Shown here piece after piece: positions 28,130 through 37,314 of a stretch of DNA of 64,000 nt. The translations under genes and the position numbers were made by a program. This stretch comes from an uncultured delta proteobacterium. GTDB taxonomy: Bacteria; Myxococcota_A; UBA9160; UBA4427. The stretch is from the NCBI GenBank assembly GCA_963822965.1, contig CAWGJT010000005.1, positions 800,001 to 864,000 on the forward strand, given 5' to 3'. Every line of letters begins with the position of its first letter. Within the stretch, counting starts at the first letter, position 1. A model generated the notes under the pieces. That model did no database searches. It was given only the letters and a program-made list of their open reading frames with translations, and was not told the origin of the DNA.

Positions 28130-29012
28130 CGTCTTCCCCGCCCCCGGCTGCGGTCGGCGCGACGGAGCCGCTGGTGGAACGGGTGCTGGAGAAGCTGGGC
28201 TTCTCGAAGGCCCCCGAGACCGACCTGGGCGGGCTCTCCGCGGTGTACGCCGCCTGGTGTCATCGCGTTCCCTTCGACAACGTCCGCAAGCTGATCCATC
28301 TGCGCGAACACCTTCCGGGCCCGTTGCCCGGCGACGACCCGGTGGACTTCCTCGAGACCTGGCTCGCCCACGGAACGGGTGGCACCTGCTGGGCGGGCAA
28401 CGGCGCGCTGTGCTTCCTGCTGGAGCGTCTCGGCTTCGACGCCCGGCGGGGCTGCGGCACCATGCTGGTGGCGCCGAACCTTCCCCCGAACCACGGCACC
28501 GTGTGCGTCGTGCTCGACGACACGGAATTCCTGGTGGACGCCTCGATCCTCTTCGTCGACCCGCTGCCGTTCTTCGACGGGTCGAGCATCGACCACCCGG
28601 CCTGGGGGGTGACCTGCCGCGCCGACGCGGACCGCAAGCTGCGCATCACCTGGCGCGCCTTCCACATGCCGGCGCTCGACTGTCGCATCGACCGGCTCGA
28701 CGCCTCGCGGGACGACTTCGGGAGCCATCACGAAGCCTCCCGGGGCTGGGGGCCGTTCAACTACTCGCTCTCGGCGCGCCTCGTCCACGGCGACGCCGTG
28801 ATCGGGGCCTCGTTCGGTCAGCACGCCGCCATCGGCGCGAGGGGCGAGCTCAGCGTCGTTTCGGGAAGCGCGCGCGAGCGCACGGCGCTGCTGGTGGACG
28901 CGCTCGGGATCAGCGAGGAGATGGCCGCGCGACTCCCCGAGGACCTGCCTCTGCCGCCGCGCCCTCAGTCGCCGCCTCCGCCTCGCCCTCGTCGCCGCCC
29001 CGCTCCGGCTGA
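28099..29012 (+). CDS. Arylamine N-acetyltransferase family protein (3' end uncertain, probable frameshift near 28970)
   Basis: [21 protein letters not shown] and LVD give the Cys-His-Asp triad. The printed ORF runs on to 29508, antisense over two other genes, so the true stop is probably near 29012. Confidence 0.75.
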
Positions 29013-29016
29013 AGGC

Positions 29017-29307
29017 TCACGAGGCCCCTCCGGACGGGTCGCTCGGACGGGAGTCCTGGGAGTCGTCCTCCTTCGTGCCGACGACGAAGCGGGCGAAGGC
29101 GGCCTCTCCCTGCTCTCGCAGGACGCGCAGCCAGCGCCGGGCGAACGCGAACTCCATCCCCAGGATCGCCAGACCGATCGGAATCACCACCAGGGCGGGA
29201 CCCGGCAGGACGATCAGCGCCATGCCCACCAGCACGACGCTCACGCCGACGACGGTGACGACGATCCGTCGCGCCAGCTCGTAGGTGATACGGAGGGTTC
29301 GCTTCAT
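29017..29307 (-). CDS. PGPGW-like small transmembrane protein
   Basis: GMALIVLPGPALVVIPIGLAILGMEFAFARR. Confidence 0.85.
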   Translation of the reverse strand: MKRTLRITYELARRIVVTVVGVSVVLVGMALIVLPGPALVVIPIGLAILGMEFAFARRWLRVLREQGEAAFARFVVGTKEDDSQDSRPSDPSGGAS

Positions 29308-29363
29308 GCGTCGGCTCCCGCAGGCGCGCGGACCGGGCCGGAACCGGCAGATCCGCGGGGCGC

Positions 29364-30014
29364 CTATTCCGCGTCCTCGCTGCGTCCGACGCCGCGCATG
29401 ACGTCCACGTTGCCGGCCTCGCCGGGAGCGGCCACCTCGACCACGCGCTCATCCACGTCGTCGTACTCGAGACGCAGTGCGCGACACATGGTCGCATGCA
29501 GCTCGTAGGTCATCGTGACGTAGGTGAGCTCGAGGATCTCCTCGTCCGACAGGAAGGCGTGGAGGCGCTGGAAGAGCGCGTCGGGCACCCGCCCGCCGTC
29601 GAGGACCAGTGCGTCGGTCCAGGCGAGGACGGCCCGCTCGACGGGGGAGAAGGCCTCGGAGGTGCTCCAGGCCGGCACCGCCTGCACCTGCTCGTCGCTG
29701 AGCCCCACCGAGCGCGCCGCCTTGCAGTGCTGCGAGAAGACGAACTGGCTCCCGCGCGCCCAGCCCGCGCGCAGCTGGCCCAGCTCGCGCAGCTTGGGAT
29801 CGAGCTTGCGACGCCGGCTGCGATAGAGCCGGAAGCCCGCGACCGCGTGCTGGAAGACGTCCGGCACGAGCGCGAAGACCGTCCACCAGTTGCCGGGCGT
29901 GCCCGTCTCCGTCCCGGGTTCGTCCACGGGATCCCGCGCTCCGAACAGGAGGTCGTACAGCTCGCGGATCTCGGGGGTGGCGTCCGCCCGGCGGACCTGT
30001 CGCAATCGGGGCAC
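29364..30014 (-). CDS. Carboxymuconolactone decarboxylase/AhpD-like protein
   Basis: LDPKLREL...FVFSQH...GLSDEQ...FSPVERAVL...VPDALF pattern. Confidence 0.82.
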   Translation of the reverse strand: MPRLRQVRRADATPEIRELYDLLFGARDPVDEPGTETGTPGNWWTVFALVPDVFQHAVAGFRLYRSRRRKLDPKLRELGQLRAGWARGSQFVFSQHCKAARSVGLSDEQVQAVPAWSTSEAFSPVERAVLAWTDALVLDGGRVPDALFQRLHAFLSDEEILELTYVTMTYELHATMCRALRLEYDDVDERVVEVAAPGEAGNVDVMRGVGRSEDAE

Positions 30015-30098
30015 GTGGCTTCTCCTCTCTCGGGTCTCTCGACCGTCTCGGGTCTCTCGGCTTCTCGGCTCTCCCGGCTCCGGGGTGCCGGCTCGGGC

Positions 30099-31562
30099 TC
30101 AGAACCCGGGCGGCGGCTCGAAGGTCGCCGTACCCAGCAGCTCCGACAGGTGACGGGCGAAGCGCAGAGTGGTGCGGTCCTCGAGGTAGTCGGAGACGAT
30201 CTGGATGCCCACCGGCAGCCCGGCGGCGGTGCGTCCCACCGGGATCACGGTCGAGGGCAGCAGCGCCATGGTGACGAGGCCGGGCCAGTAGATCTGCTCG
30301 AGGTAGGAGCGCTCCCGACCGTTCACCGACACCGTGCGATCGAGCTGGGACGACTCCGTGTCGTGGGGAATCGCCGGCGAGAGGATCACCGGGCAGAGCA
30401 GGACATCGAAGCTGCGGAAGAACTCCGCCCAGCGCGCGCGCATGTGCTCGCGTCGCTCGCTCGCCTGCCACCAGCTGCGGTAGGGGAGCGCCATGCTCGC
30501 CCTCGTGAGCCGCGCGAGCGCGCTGTCGTCGCCGGAATCCACATCCTCGCCGCTGCGCACGAACTCGAACTCGGCGTCGCTCATGGTGCGACCGTTCAGG
30601 GGCAGCAGCAGCTGCAGGTACGTGTGGACGGCGGCGAGGAAGTCGATGTCCGGGCGCGCTCGCCGGTCGACGGTCACTCCCGAGCCCGCCAGGGCGTCCG
30701 CCGCACCTTCCAGCAGGCCGCGCATCTCGTGGTCGATCTCGCAGGCCGGCTCGTCGAGCCAGACCGCCACGCGATGCTCGGCCAGCGAGGGCCAACGGGG
30801 CGGCGGCAGCTCCAGGCGCCAGCCGCGCGCCTGGGCGGATGCCGGGCCCGCCAGCACGTCGAACGCCAGCTCGAGGTCGGGCACGCTGCGAGCCAACGGA
30901 CCGATCACGTTCAGGTCGGCTTCGCTCAGGGTGCCCGGCGGACCGGGCAGATGTCCGCGCTGGGGCACCAGCCCGTGCGAGCCCTTGTGGCCGAAGACGC
31001 CGCACCAGTGGGCGGGCACGCGGATGGAGCCCCCGATGTCGCTACCCAGCTCGAGCGGCGTGAGACCGGCGGCCAGCGCGGCGGCCGAGCCGCCGGACGA
31101 TCCCCCCGGCGCCCGGTCCAGGTCCCAGGGGTTGCGCGTGAGGCCGAAGATCGGGTTGTCGGTCTGCCAGTCTCCCGCCCAGGTCGGGGTGTTCGTCTTG
31201 CCGAAGACGATGGCGCCCGCCGCGCGCAGCCGCGCCACCGCGATGGCGTCCTGGTCCGGCACGTGCTCCGCCAGGGCCGGGACCCCGGCGGTGGTGCGCA
31301 GCCCCTCCGTCTCGAAGGTGTCCTTGACCGTCATCGGCAGACCGTGGAGCAGGCCCAGGGACTCGCCCCGCGCCCGCGCCTCGTCGGCTCGGACCGCCTG
31401 CCGTCTTGCGCTCTCGGGATCGAGGGTGACGACCGCGTTCACGACCTCGTTGTGCTTGGCGACGCGGTCGAGGAAGTGGTCGACGAGCTCGCGGCTCGAC
31501 AGCTCCCGACGGCCCAGGGCGCCGAGGAGCTCGATGGCGTTGCGAAATTCCAGACGGCTCAC
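30099..31562 (-). CDS. Amidase signature family protein
   Basis: LHGLPMTVKD, GKTNTP, PGGSSGGS, LGSDIGGSIRVPA and GLPVGIQ motifs. GTG start. Confidence 0.95.
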   Translation of the reverse strand: MSRLEFRNAIELLGALGRRELSSRELVDHFLDRVAKHNEVVNAVVTLDPESARRQAVRADEARARGESLGLLHGLPMTVKDTFETEGLRTTAGVPALAEHVPDQDAIAVARLRAAGAIVFGKTNTPTWAGDWQTDNPIFGLTRNPWDLDRAPGGSSGGSAAALAAGLTPLELGSDIGGSIRVPAHWCGVFGHKGSHGLVPQRGHLPGPPGTLSEADLNVIGPLARSVPDLELAFDVLAGPASAQARGWRLELPPPRWPSLAEHRVAVWLDEPACEIDHEMRGLLEGAADALAGSGVTVDRRARPDIDFLAAVHTYLQLLLPLNGRTMSDAEFEFVRSGEDVDSGDDSALARLTRASMALPYRSWWQASERREHMRARWAEFFRSFDVLLCPVILSPAIPHDTESSQLDRTVSVNGRERSYLEQIYWPGLVTMALLPSTVIPVGRTAAGLPVGIQIVSDYLEDRTTLRFARHLSELLGTATFEPPPGF

Positions 31563-31716
31563 GCGGGCCCCTTTCGTCGCCGGGCGGCCACCCCGCGACA
31601 CGCGCCGGCAGCGGGCGGATGCACCCACCCGGCGGGCCGAGGATATCGGCTCCGGCCCCTCTCGCCGAGCCAGGACGAGGGCTCGGGACGGGCGACCGGG
31701 TGATAGACTGTGGGGT

Positions 31717-33864
31717 GTGTCGGCCCATCCCGGACCCATCTCCGGGCTCGTCGCGGGGCTGCTCTGGCCCGACGAGCCCGTGACCCGGACCGCCATCCTG
31801 CTGCTGCTGGGGCTGGCCGCGCTGGCGTTCGTCAGCGTCTACGGCCCATTCCTGCGGCGCCTGTTCCGGATCGGTCAGCTGCGGCGCACCGTCCAGGCGT
31901 GCTTCGACGACGAGAGCTCGAACGCCATCCAGCGTCAGGAAGTCACCAACGCCTTCGCGGAGTCCCCCCTGGCGCCGCAGTGGAGCGACTTCGTGCGACG
32001 CTGGCACAACGCCATCGCCGCCGATCCGATTCAGGACGCCTCGCTTCCGGAGCTTTCCCGCGCGCCCGTCCGGCTGACCGATGTGCTCGAAGAGCACCCG
32101 ATCCTGCCCGCGGGAGCACGCCGCAGCCTGCTGCCCGCGCTCCCCGCCATCTTCCTGGCGGCGGGCCTGCTCGGTGCCTTCGCCGGCCTGGTGCTGACGC
32201 TGCCGGACATCGGCCTGTCCCTCGACCCCGGGAGCCACGAGACGACCGGCCGTTCCCAGCAGATCGCGACGCTGATGGATCACCTGGGCATGACCCTGCG
32301 CGTCGGGCTGTGGGGACTGCTCCTCTCGCTCGCGGCGGGCGTCACCGGGCGGCTGATCGAGGGACGCGCCGACCTGCAGGCCGACGCACTCGACGGCTGG
32401 GTGCAGCTCGCGTACGGGGCCATCTCGACGGGCGAGCTCGCCACGCGTACCGCTCACGAGCAGCGCGCGAGCCTCGCGCGGCTCCAGGAGGACATGGCCG
32501 AGCTCCTGCGTCAGGCCTCCGGACGGCCGCGACCGTTCGTCCGCTCCAGCGGGGGGGCGGCCGGCGGACCGAGCGCGGCCTCCGAATCGCTCGAGCGGGA
32601 CCTGAGCGCGCTCGGCGAACGCATCGCCCAGCGACTCGACGACACTGTCTCCGAGCAGCTCGCCGCCCTGCGCGAGTCCGTGGGCGGCGCCCTCGAGAGG
32701 TTGGGCAGTGCGCCCACCTCCTCGAGCGACCTGGCGCTGGCCGTCGACCACCTCGTGAAGAGCGCGGAGTCCCAGAGCGCAGCCGGTCGCTCGCTCACCC
32801 AGACGGCCCACCTGCTCTCCGACGCGGCGGAAGAGCTGCGATCGGGGCTCGACGACTTCGCGAGCGCCGTGACCCAGGTGCGGGAGTCGAGCGCCACGTT
32901 GGCGCTCAGCTCCCAACGGGTGGATGGCAACCAGGCCGCGGCGAGCCGGGCCGCGGAAGCGCTCGCGAGCTCGCTGGAGCGAACCGAGGCCGCGACCCGT
33001 GAGCAGGCGGAGCGTCTGCAGGCGGGCTTCGCCGAGGTGCGCGACGTCGTGGAGTCCGCCACGACGCGCGTGCAGGCAGAGCTGGAGAGCGCACTCGCCT
33101 CCGCGGTGGGCCGCTTTCGGGACACCGCGATGCCGGCGACGCCGCCGGGCGGATACGAGACGAGCCGGGACGCGATGACCGACGAGCTGCTGCGGGAGCA
33201 CGCACAGCTGCACCAGAAGGCCGACGGTCTGGCCGCCGCCGTGGCGAAGCTGAACGAGAGTCTGGCCAGCCTCTCCGCCCTCTCCGTCGGGGCGGGCGAT
33301 CCGGAGGGCCCCGGGAAGGCGGGCGCCGAGCGTCCCCGGCAGGGACCCCGGGACGGCTTTGAGGACGCGGAGCCTCTGCTCGACTTGGACGAGGAGACGG
33401 TCGCCGCGGAAGCCACCGGCCCCCAGGCGACGAGCGCCCCGGAGCCCGAAGGCGCAGCGGGCGAGCCGCAGGTCGCGACGACCGGGGCGGGCGAGGCCGA
33501 GCGACCCGTGACCCCCCAGCCGGCTCCACCGTCGTCGTCCGCCGAGGCCGACACCGTTCCCTACATGAAGGCCCCGACGCCCGAGATGATCTACTCGGCG
33601 GGCGAGCACCGGTCGGGGGCTGCCGCCCCGGAGACCACCCGGGTGCGGAGCGACGCCCCGGGCGCCGGCACCCTCTCCGGGCTGCTGCGGCCGACACATC
33701 ACTCGGGTCCGTCCGCGAGCCAGCCGGAGGGCTCGCCGCCGGTCGATCCCGCGGCCACCGTTCGGATCGAGCCCCGGACGCCGGCGCCGGACGCGGATGC
33801 CGACGACCGCGACGCAGAGGACGCAACACCCCGTCCCCGCGGCTTCTTCGGCCGCCGCAAGTAG
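31717..33864 (+). CDS. ZorA-like (MotA/TolQ/ExbB superfamily) membrane protein with long coiled coil and disordered tail
   Basis: N-terminal TM, then PQWSDF, LPALPAIFLAAGLLGAFAGLVL and IATLMDHLGMTLRVGLWGLLLSL. About 300 aa of heptad-rich helix and a Pro/Glu-rich tail follow. Start uncertain (31717 or 31780). Confidence 0.6.
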   Translation: MSAHPGPISGLVAGLLWPDEPVTRTAILLLLGLAALAFVSVYGPFLRRLFRIGQLRRTVQACFDDESSNAIQRQEVTNAFAESPLAPQWSDFVRRWHNAIAADPIQDASLPELSRAPVRLTDVLEEHPILPAGARRSLLPALPAIFLAAGLLGAFAGLVLTLPDIGLSLDPGSHETTGRSQQIATLMDHLGMTLRVGLWGLLLSLAAGVTGRLIEGRADLQADALDGWVQLAYGAISTGELATRTAHEQRASLARLQEDMAELLRQASGRPRPFVRSSGGAAGGPSAASESLERDLSALGERIAQRLDDTVSEQLAALRESVGGALERLGSAPTSSSDLALAVDHLVKSAESQSAAGRSLTQTAHLLSDAAEELRSGLDDFASAVTQVRESSATLALSSQRVDGNQAAASRAAEALASSLERTEAATREQAERLQAGFAEVRDVVESATTRVQAELESALASAVGRFRDTAMPATPPGGYETSRDAMTDELLREHAQLHQKADGLAAAVAKLNESLASLSALSVGAGDPEGPGKAGAERPRQGPRDGFEDAEPLLDLDEETVAAEATGPQATSAPEPEGAAGEPQVATTGAGEAERPVTPQPAPPSSSAEADTVPYMKAPTPEMIYSAGEHRSGAAAPETTRVRSDAPGAGTLSGLLRPTHHSGPSASQPEGSPPVDPAATVRIEPRTPAPDADADDRDAEDATPRPRGFFGRRK

Positions 33865-33930
33865 ACGAGCTTCGGCCGCCGCAAGTAGACGAGCTTCGGC
33901 CGCCGCAAGTAGACGAGCTTCGGCCGCCGC
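33846..33930 (+). repeat. 3.5 x 24-bp perfect tandem repeat spanning a stop codon
   Basis: CTTCGGCCGCCGCAAGTAGACGAG at 33846, 33870 and 33894, with a partial copy at 33918. Confidence 0.95.
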
Positions 33931-34107
33931 GAGTCCCCATCGTGCGACGCGCCTCGCGTCCCGCGCGAATCGTTCCAGCTCGAACGGAACCGTTGGTCGG
34001 CATCCGGACCCCGTCCGCGACGGCGCGCCGGACAGGTTGAGAAGCCGTTCCCGATGGCCGATAGGACGGAGAGTTGCACCGCACCTTCCGGCGGATCGTG
34101 GGAGCTC

Positions 34108-36681
34108 ATGGACGATTCGAATCTGCCCAGCGGCAAGGAGTTCTTCGGCCGTTTCAGTCTCGTCTTCGGCGCCGCCGGCGTGGGCGCTGCCGTCGTGCTG
34201 GTGCTCTACCTGGCGGCACTCCTGCCCCTTCCGCCCGACCAGGCCAACGCCCTCTGGTGGACCGTCGCCGCGGTGGCGGTGGGCATCACGCCGGTGTGTC
34301 TCGTGGTGCAGAACCGGCTCCTGCGCGGGCTCGTCACCTGCCTGGACGACCTGGCTCGGGGCGGCGCCACGCCGGAGCGACTGCGCGAGGGCTTCGCGAC
34401 GGCGATCGACCTGCCTCGCCGCAGCGCCGTCTTCGGCTTCACGAACTTCCAGATCGGCGCCGTGTGCTGGAACGTCGTCATGTTCCTCCTGTTCGACGGC
34501 TTCCACCTCTACTCGGGCGTGCTCGTGCTGGCGGCCGGGCTCTCGGGCGGCGTGGTGGCAAGCATCATCCAGTTCTTCGTGACGAAGCAGATGCTGGCGC
34601 CGATCCGGGAGGGCCTGGCCGAGCACCTGCCCGATCCCGCCGAGCGCGACCGGCTCGTGCACCGTCTGCCGCTGGTCCAGAAGCTCTCGCTCGTACTCAT
34701 CAGCCTGGCCCTCGTGCCCGTCGGGTTCTCGGTCTTCCTCGCGTACTCGCGCACGTCCACCTCGGCGGTGGACGTGGCGCTGCGCATGCAGACCGCCCTG
34801 CTGGAGCGCGCCGAGCAGGCCCTCGGCGAGCCCGGCGCCTCCCGGCGCGATGTCCTGGCCCGGCTGCAGGCGGACGCGAGCGGCTGGGGAATTCCCGCCG
34901 AGGTCGTCGAGATCCGGGACGCCGGCTCGGACGCCGTGCGGGCCTCGATCCTCGAGACCGTGGCGGCCCACGAGGGCGACCGGCCGCTGTACGGGAACGC
35001 CGAGCCGCTGCACGCCGACCGGGTCGTGAGCTGGATCCACGTGCCCGACGGCGGAGACGGACTCACCCTCGCCGTCGTGACGCCGCGGGAGACCCTTCTC
35101 GCGGGGAGAGGGCTCGCCCTGCTCTTCGTGCTGGTCGTGGTGATCTCCACGGCCGTGGCGCTGCTGGTTGCGTACCTGCTCGCCCGCGACGTGGGCCAGG
35201 CCGCGCGCTCGCTCGAGGAGCAGGCCCGGCAGGTCGCCGCGGGCGATCTGCGCGAGCGACGCGTGCTCGAGTCCGAGGACGAGCTCGGGCAGCTCGGCCG
35301 CGTCTTCGCGACGATGTCGGTGGCCCTGCACGCCACCGTCGGACGCGTGGTCCAGACCGTCAACCGCGTCGAGGAGACCGGCGGCGAGATCTGTGACACC
35401 GCGGCCCTGGTGACCGCGGGCAGTCGCGAGCGCGTCGAGAACACGAAGGGCTGCGTGAGCGCCGTGGTCTCGGTCAATGGACAGGCCCGCGAGATCCAGC
35501 AGGCGACGGCCGCCCTCAATCTGCTGGCGGAGGAATCGAGCAGCTCGGTGCTCCAGATGGGCGCCGCGGGGGAGGAGCTCTCGGAGACGGCCACGGTGCT
35601 CTTCCAGAGGGTGGACGACGTGTCCGCTGCCATCGAGCAGAGCGTGCGAAGCATCTCGGAGGTGAAGGACAATACGGGGGCGGTCGCGCACGCCGCCGAG
35701 GAGACCTCGTCCAGCATGGAGGAGATGGCCGCTGCCATGCGGCAGGTGGACTCCACCGCGGAGGAGACCGCCAGCCTCTCGGCCAGTGTCATCGCGGCCG
35801 CCGAGACCGGACAGCACAAGGTCCGCGAGACGGTCCGAGGCATGGAGTCGATCCGCACGGCCACGGACTCGGCACAGCGCGTGATCCACGCGCTCGGGGA
35901 TCGGGTGCAGCAGATCGACGCCGTCCTCGAGGTCATCCAGGACATCGCGAGCCGCACGAACCTGCTGGCCCTCAATGCGTCGATCATCGCCGCACAGGCG
36001 GGCGAACACGGGCGGGCCTTCGCGGTCGTCGCGAGCGAGATCTCCGACCTCGCGACGCGGGTCCGATCGAGCAGCGAGGAGATCGGCAACCTCATCCGAT
36101 CGGTGCAGTCGGAGAGCGAGAACGCGGTCGGGGCCATCGAGGCGGGAAGCGAGAGCGTGGCCTCGGGCGTGCAGCTGGCCGGCGAGGCCGGTGCCTCCCT
36201 GGACGCCATCACCCAGGCCGCACGGGAGAGCAGCGAGCGCAGTCGCGAGATCGTGATGGCGGTGCGCGAGCAGAGCAAGGCTTCCGCCCACGTCGTCGCG
36301 ATGATGGAGCGGGTGAGCGAAGGGCTCGGCGCGATCCGGGCGGCGACCGAGGAGCAGAGCCGCGGTCACGTGGCCGTCGCCGACGGCACGCGCCACATGC
36401 GCGAAGTGGCCCAGCAGCTGCGGACGACCGCCCAGGAGCAGGCGCGCGGCGTCCGTCAGATGGGCGAGAGCACCGAAGGCGTGCGCGAGGCGAGCGAGGC
36501 GATCCACGCGCTGGTCGAGTCCCAGACGGCGGCCTGCGAGACCTCCGCCCGACTGCTCGAGGGCCTGGCCGCCCAGGCCGCCGTGAACGAGGACCACGTC
36601 GTGCGCATGGAGGAGACGATCCGCTCCCTGGTGGGCGATTCCGAGACCCTCCGCCGCGACGTCGAGCGCTTCCGCATCTGA
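34108..36681 (+). CDS. Methyl-accepting chemotaxis protein
   Basis: Multi-TM N-terminus, a HAMP domain (GDL...EDELGQL) and the signalling hairpin IASRTNLLALNASIIAAQAGEHGRAFAVVASEI. Confidence 0.95.
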   Translation: MDDSNLPSGKEFFGRFSLVFGAAGVGAAVVLVLYLAALLPLPPDQANALWWTVAAVAVGITPVCLVVQNRLLRGLVTCLDDLARGGATPERLREGFATAIDLPRRSAVFGFTNFQIGAVCWNVVMFLLFDGFHLYSGVLVLAAGLSGGVVASIIQFFVTKQMLAPIREGLAEHLPDPAERDRLVHRLPLVQKLSLVLISLALVPVGFSVFLAYSRTSTSAVDVALRMQTALLERAEQALGEPGASRRDVLARLQADASGWGIPAEVVEIRDAGSDAVRASILETVAAHEGDRPLYGNAEPLHADRVVSWIHVPDGGDGLTLAVVTPRETLLAGRGLALLFVLVVVISTAVALLVAYLLARDVGQAARSLEEQARQVAAGDLRERRVLESEDELGQLGRVFATMSVALHATVGRVVQTVNRVEETGGEICDTAALVTAGSRERVENTKGCVSAVVSVNGQAREIQQATAALNLLAEESSSSVLQMGAAGEELSETATVLFQRVDDVSAAIEQSVRSISEVKDNTGAVAHAAEETSSSMEEMAAAMRQVDSTAEETASLSASVIAAAETGQHKVRETVRGMESIRTATDSAQRVIHALGDRVQQIDAVLEVIQDIASRTNLLALNASIIAAQAGEHGRAFAVVASEISDLATRVRSSSEEIGNLIRSVQSESENAVGAIEAGSESVASGVQLAGEAGASLDAITQAARESSERSREIVMAVREQSKASAHVVAMMERVSEGLGAIRAATEEQSRGHVAVADGTRHMREVAQQLRTTAQEQARGVRQMGESTEGVREASEAIHALVESQTAACETSARLLEGLAAQAAVNEDHVVRMEETIRSLVGDSETLRRDVERFRI

Positions 36682-36683
36682 CC

Positions 36684-37148
36684 ATGGACCGGGGACTCAG
36701 CCACATCGCCCTGACGGTCCGCGACGTCGACCGCAGCATCGCCTTCTACCGCGACTTCGCCGACTTCGAGGTGGTGCACCAGCGCGGCACGCTCGGCCGG
36801 CGCGTGGTCTGGCTGAGCGACCTCCGTCGACCCTTCGCGCTGGTCCTGGTGGAGTCCGCGAGCGACGACGTCCGCCTGGGGGGCGTCGCGCACCTGGGCA
36901 TCGCGTGCGAGAGCCGGGAGCAGGTCGATCGGCTGTGCGGCAGCGCGCGTACGGCCGGTTGGCTGCAGCGGGAGCCCGAGGACGGCGGCGCCCCGGTGGG
37001 CTACTGGGCGCTGCTGCAGGACCCGGACGGCCACAACGTCGAGCTCTCCTTCGGCCAGGAGGTCGCCGCCGAGGTGCGAAGGGCGAAGAGCCGGCGAAGC
37101 GAGGGGATTTCGACGCCCCCAGCGGACGTTCCACCGGCGAACGCCTGA
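36684..37148 (+). CDS. VOC/glyoxalase family protein
   Basis: LSHIALTVRDVDRSIAFY...HLGI...DPDGHNVELS. Confidence 0.92.
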   Translation: MDRGLSHIALTVRDVDRSIAFYRDFADFEVVHQRGTLGRRVVWLSDLRRPFALVLVESASDDVRLGGVAHLGIACESREQVDRLCGSARTAGWLQREPEDGGAPVGYWALLQDPDGHNVELSFGQEVAAEVRRAKSRRSEGISTPPADVPPANA

Positions 37149-37314
37149 TCCGTCCCTCGGCGGCGGGCGTTCCGGGCTACAAAGTGGGGAGGCGAGCGCG
37201 CCCCGAGCCGGCGGGCGCCCGGCGCAAGCTCCCCTGAGAAGGGTGCCCCTGAGAAGGGCCCTCTGAAGAGAAGAGAAGAGGCGTCTCGAGAAGAGCAAGG
37301 CGGGAAGGAAGGTC

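Noticed and set aside
30020..30098. TCTCGG-rich low-complexity intergenic tract
   Set aside because: It is a degenerate simple repeat with no evident structure or function.
33846..33930. Possible CRISPR array (also considered for 38317-38880)
   Set aside because: The repeats are head-to-tail with no unique spacers and no cas genes. The 114-bp repeat is protein-coding.
31042..36597. Very long ORFs such as 31042..36597 (-), 14994..20465 (+), 7113..10376 (-) and 25235..28036 (-)
   Set aside because: They are antisense or off-frame shadows of real genes in high-GC DNA, Arg/Gly/Ala-rich and without recognisable motifs.
31717..36681. Complete Zorya defence system
   Set aside because: No ZorB (OmpA-like), ZorC, ZorD or ZorE gene is adjacent. 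The downstream genes are an MCP and a glyoxalase.
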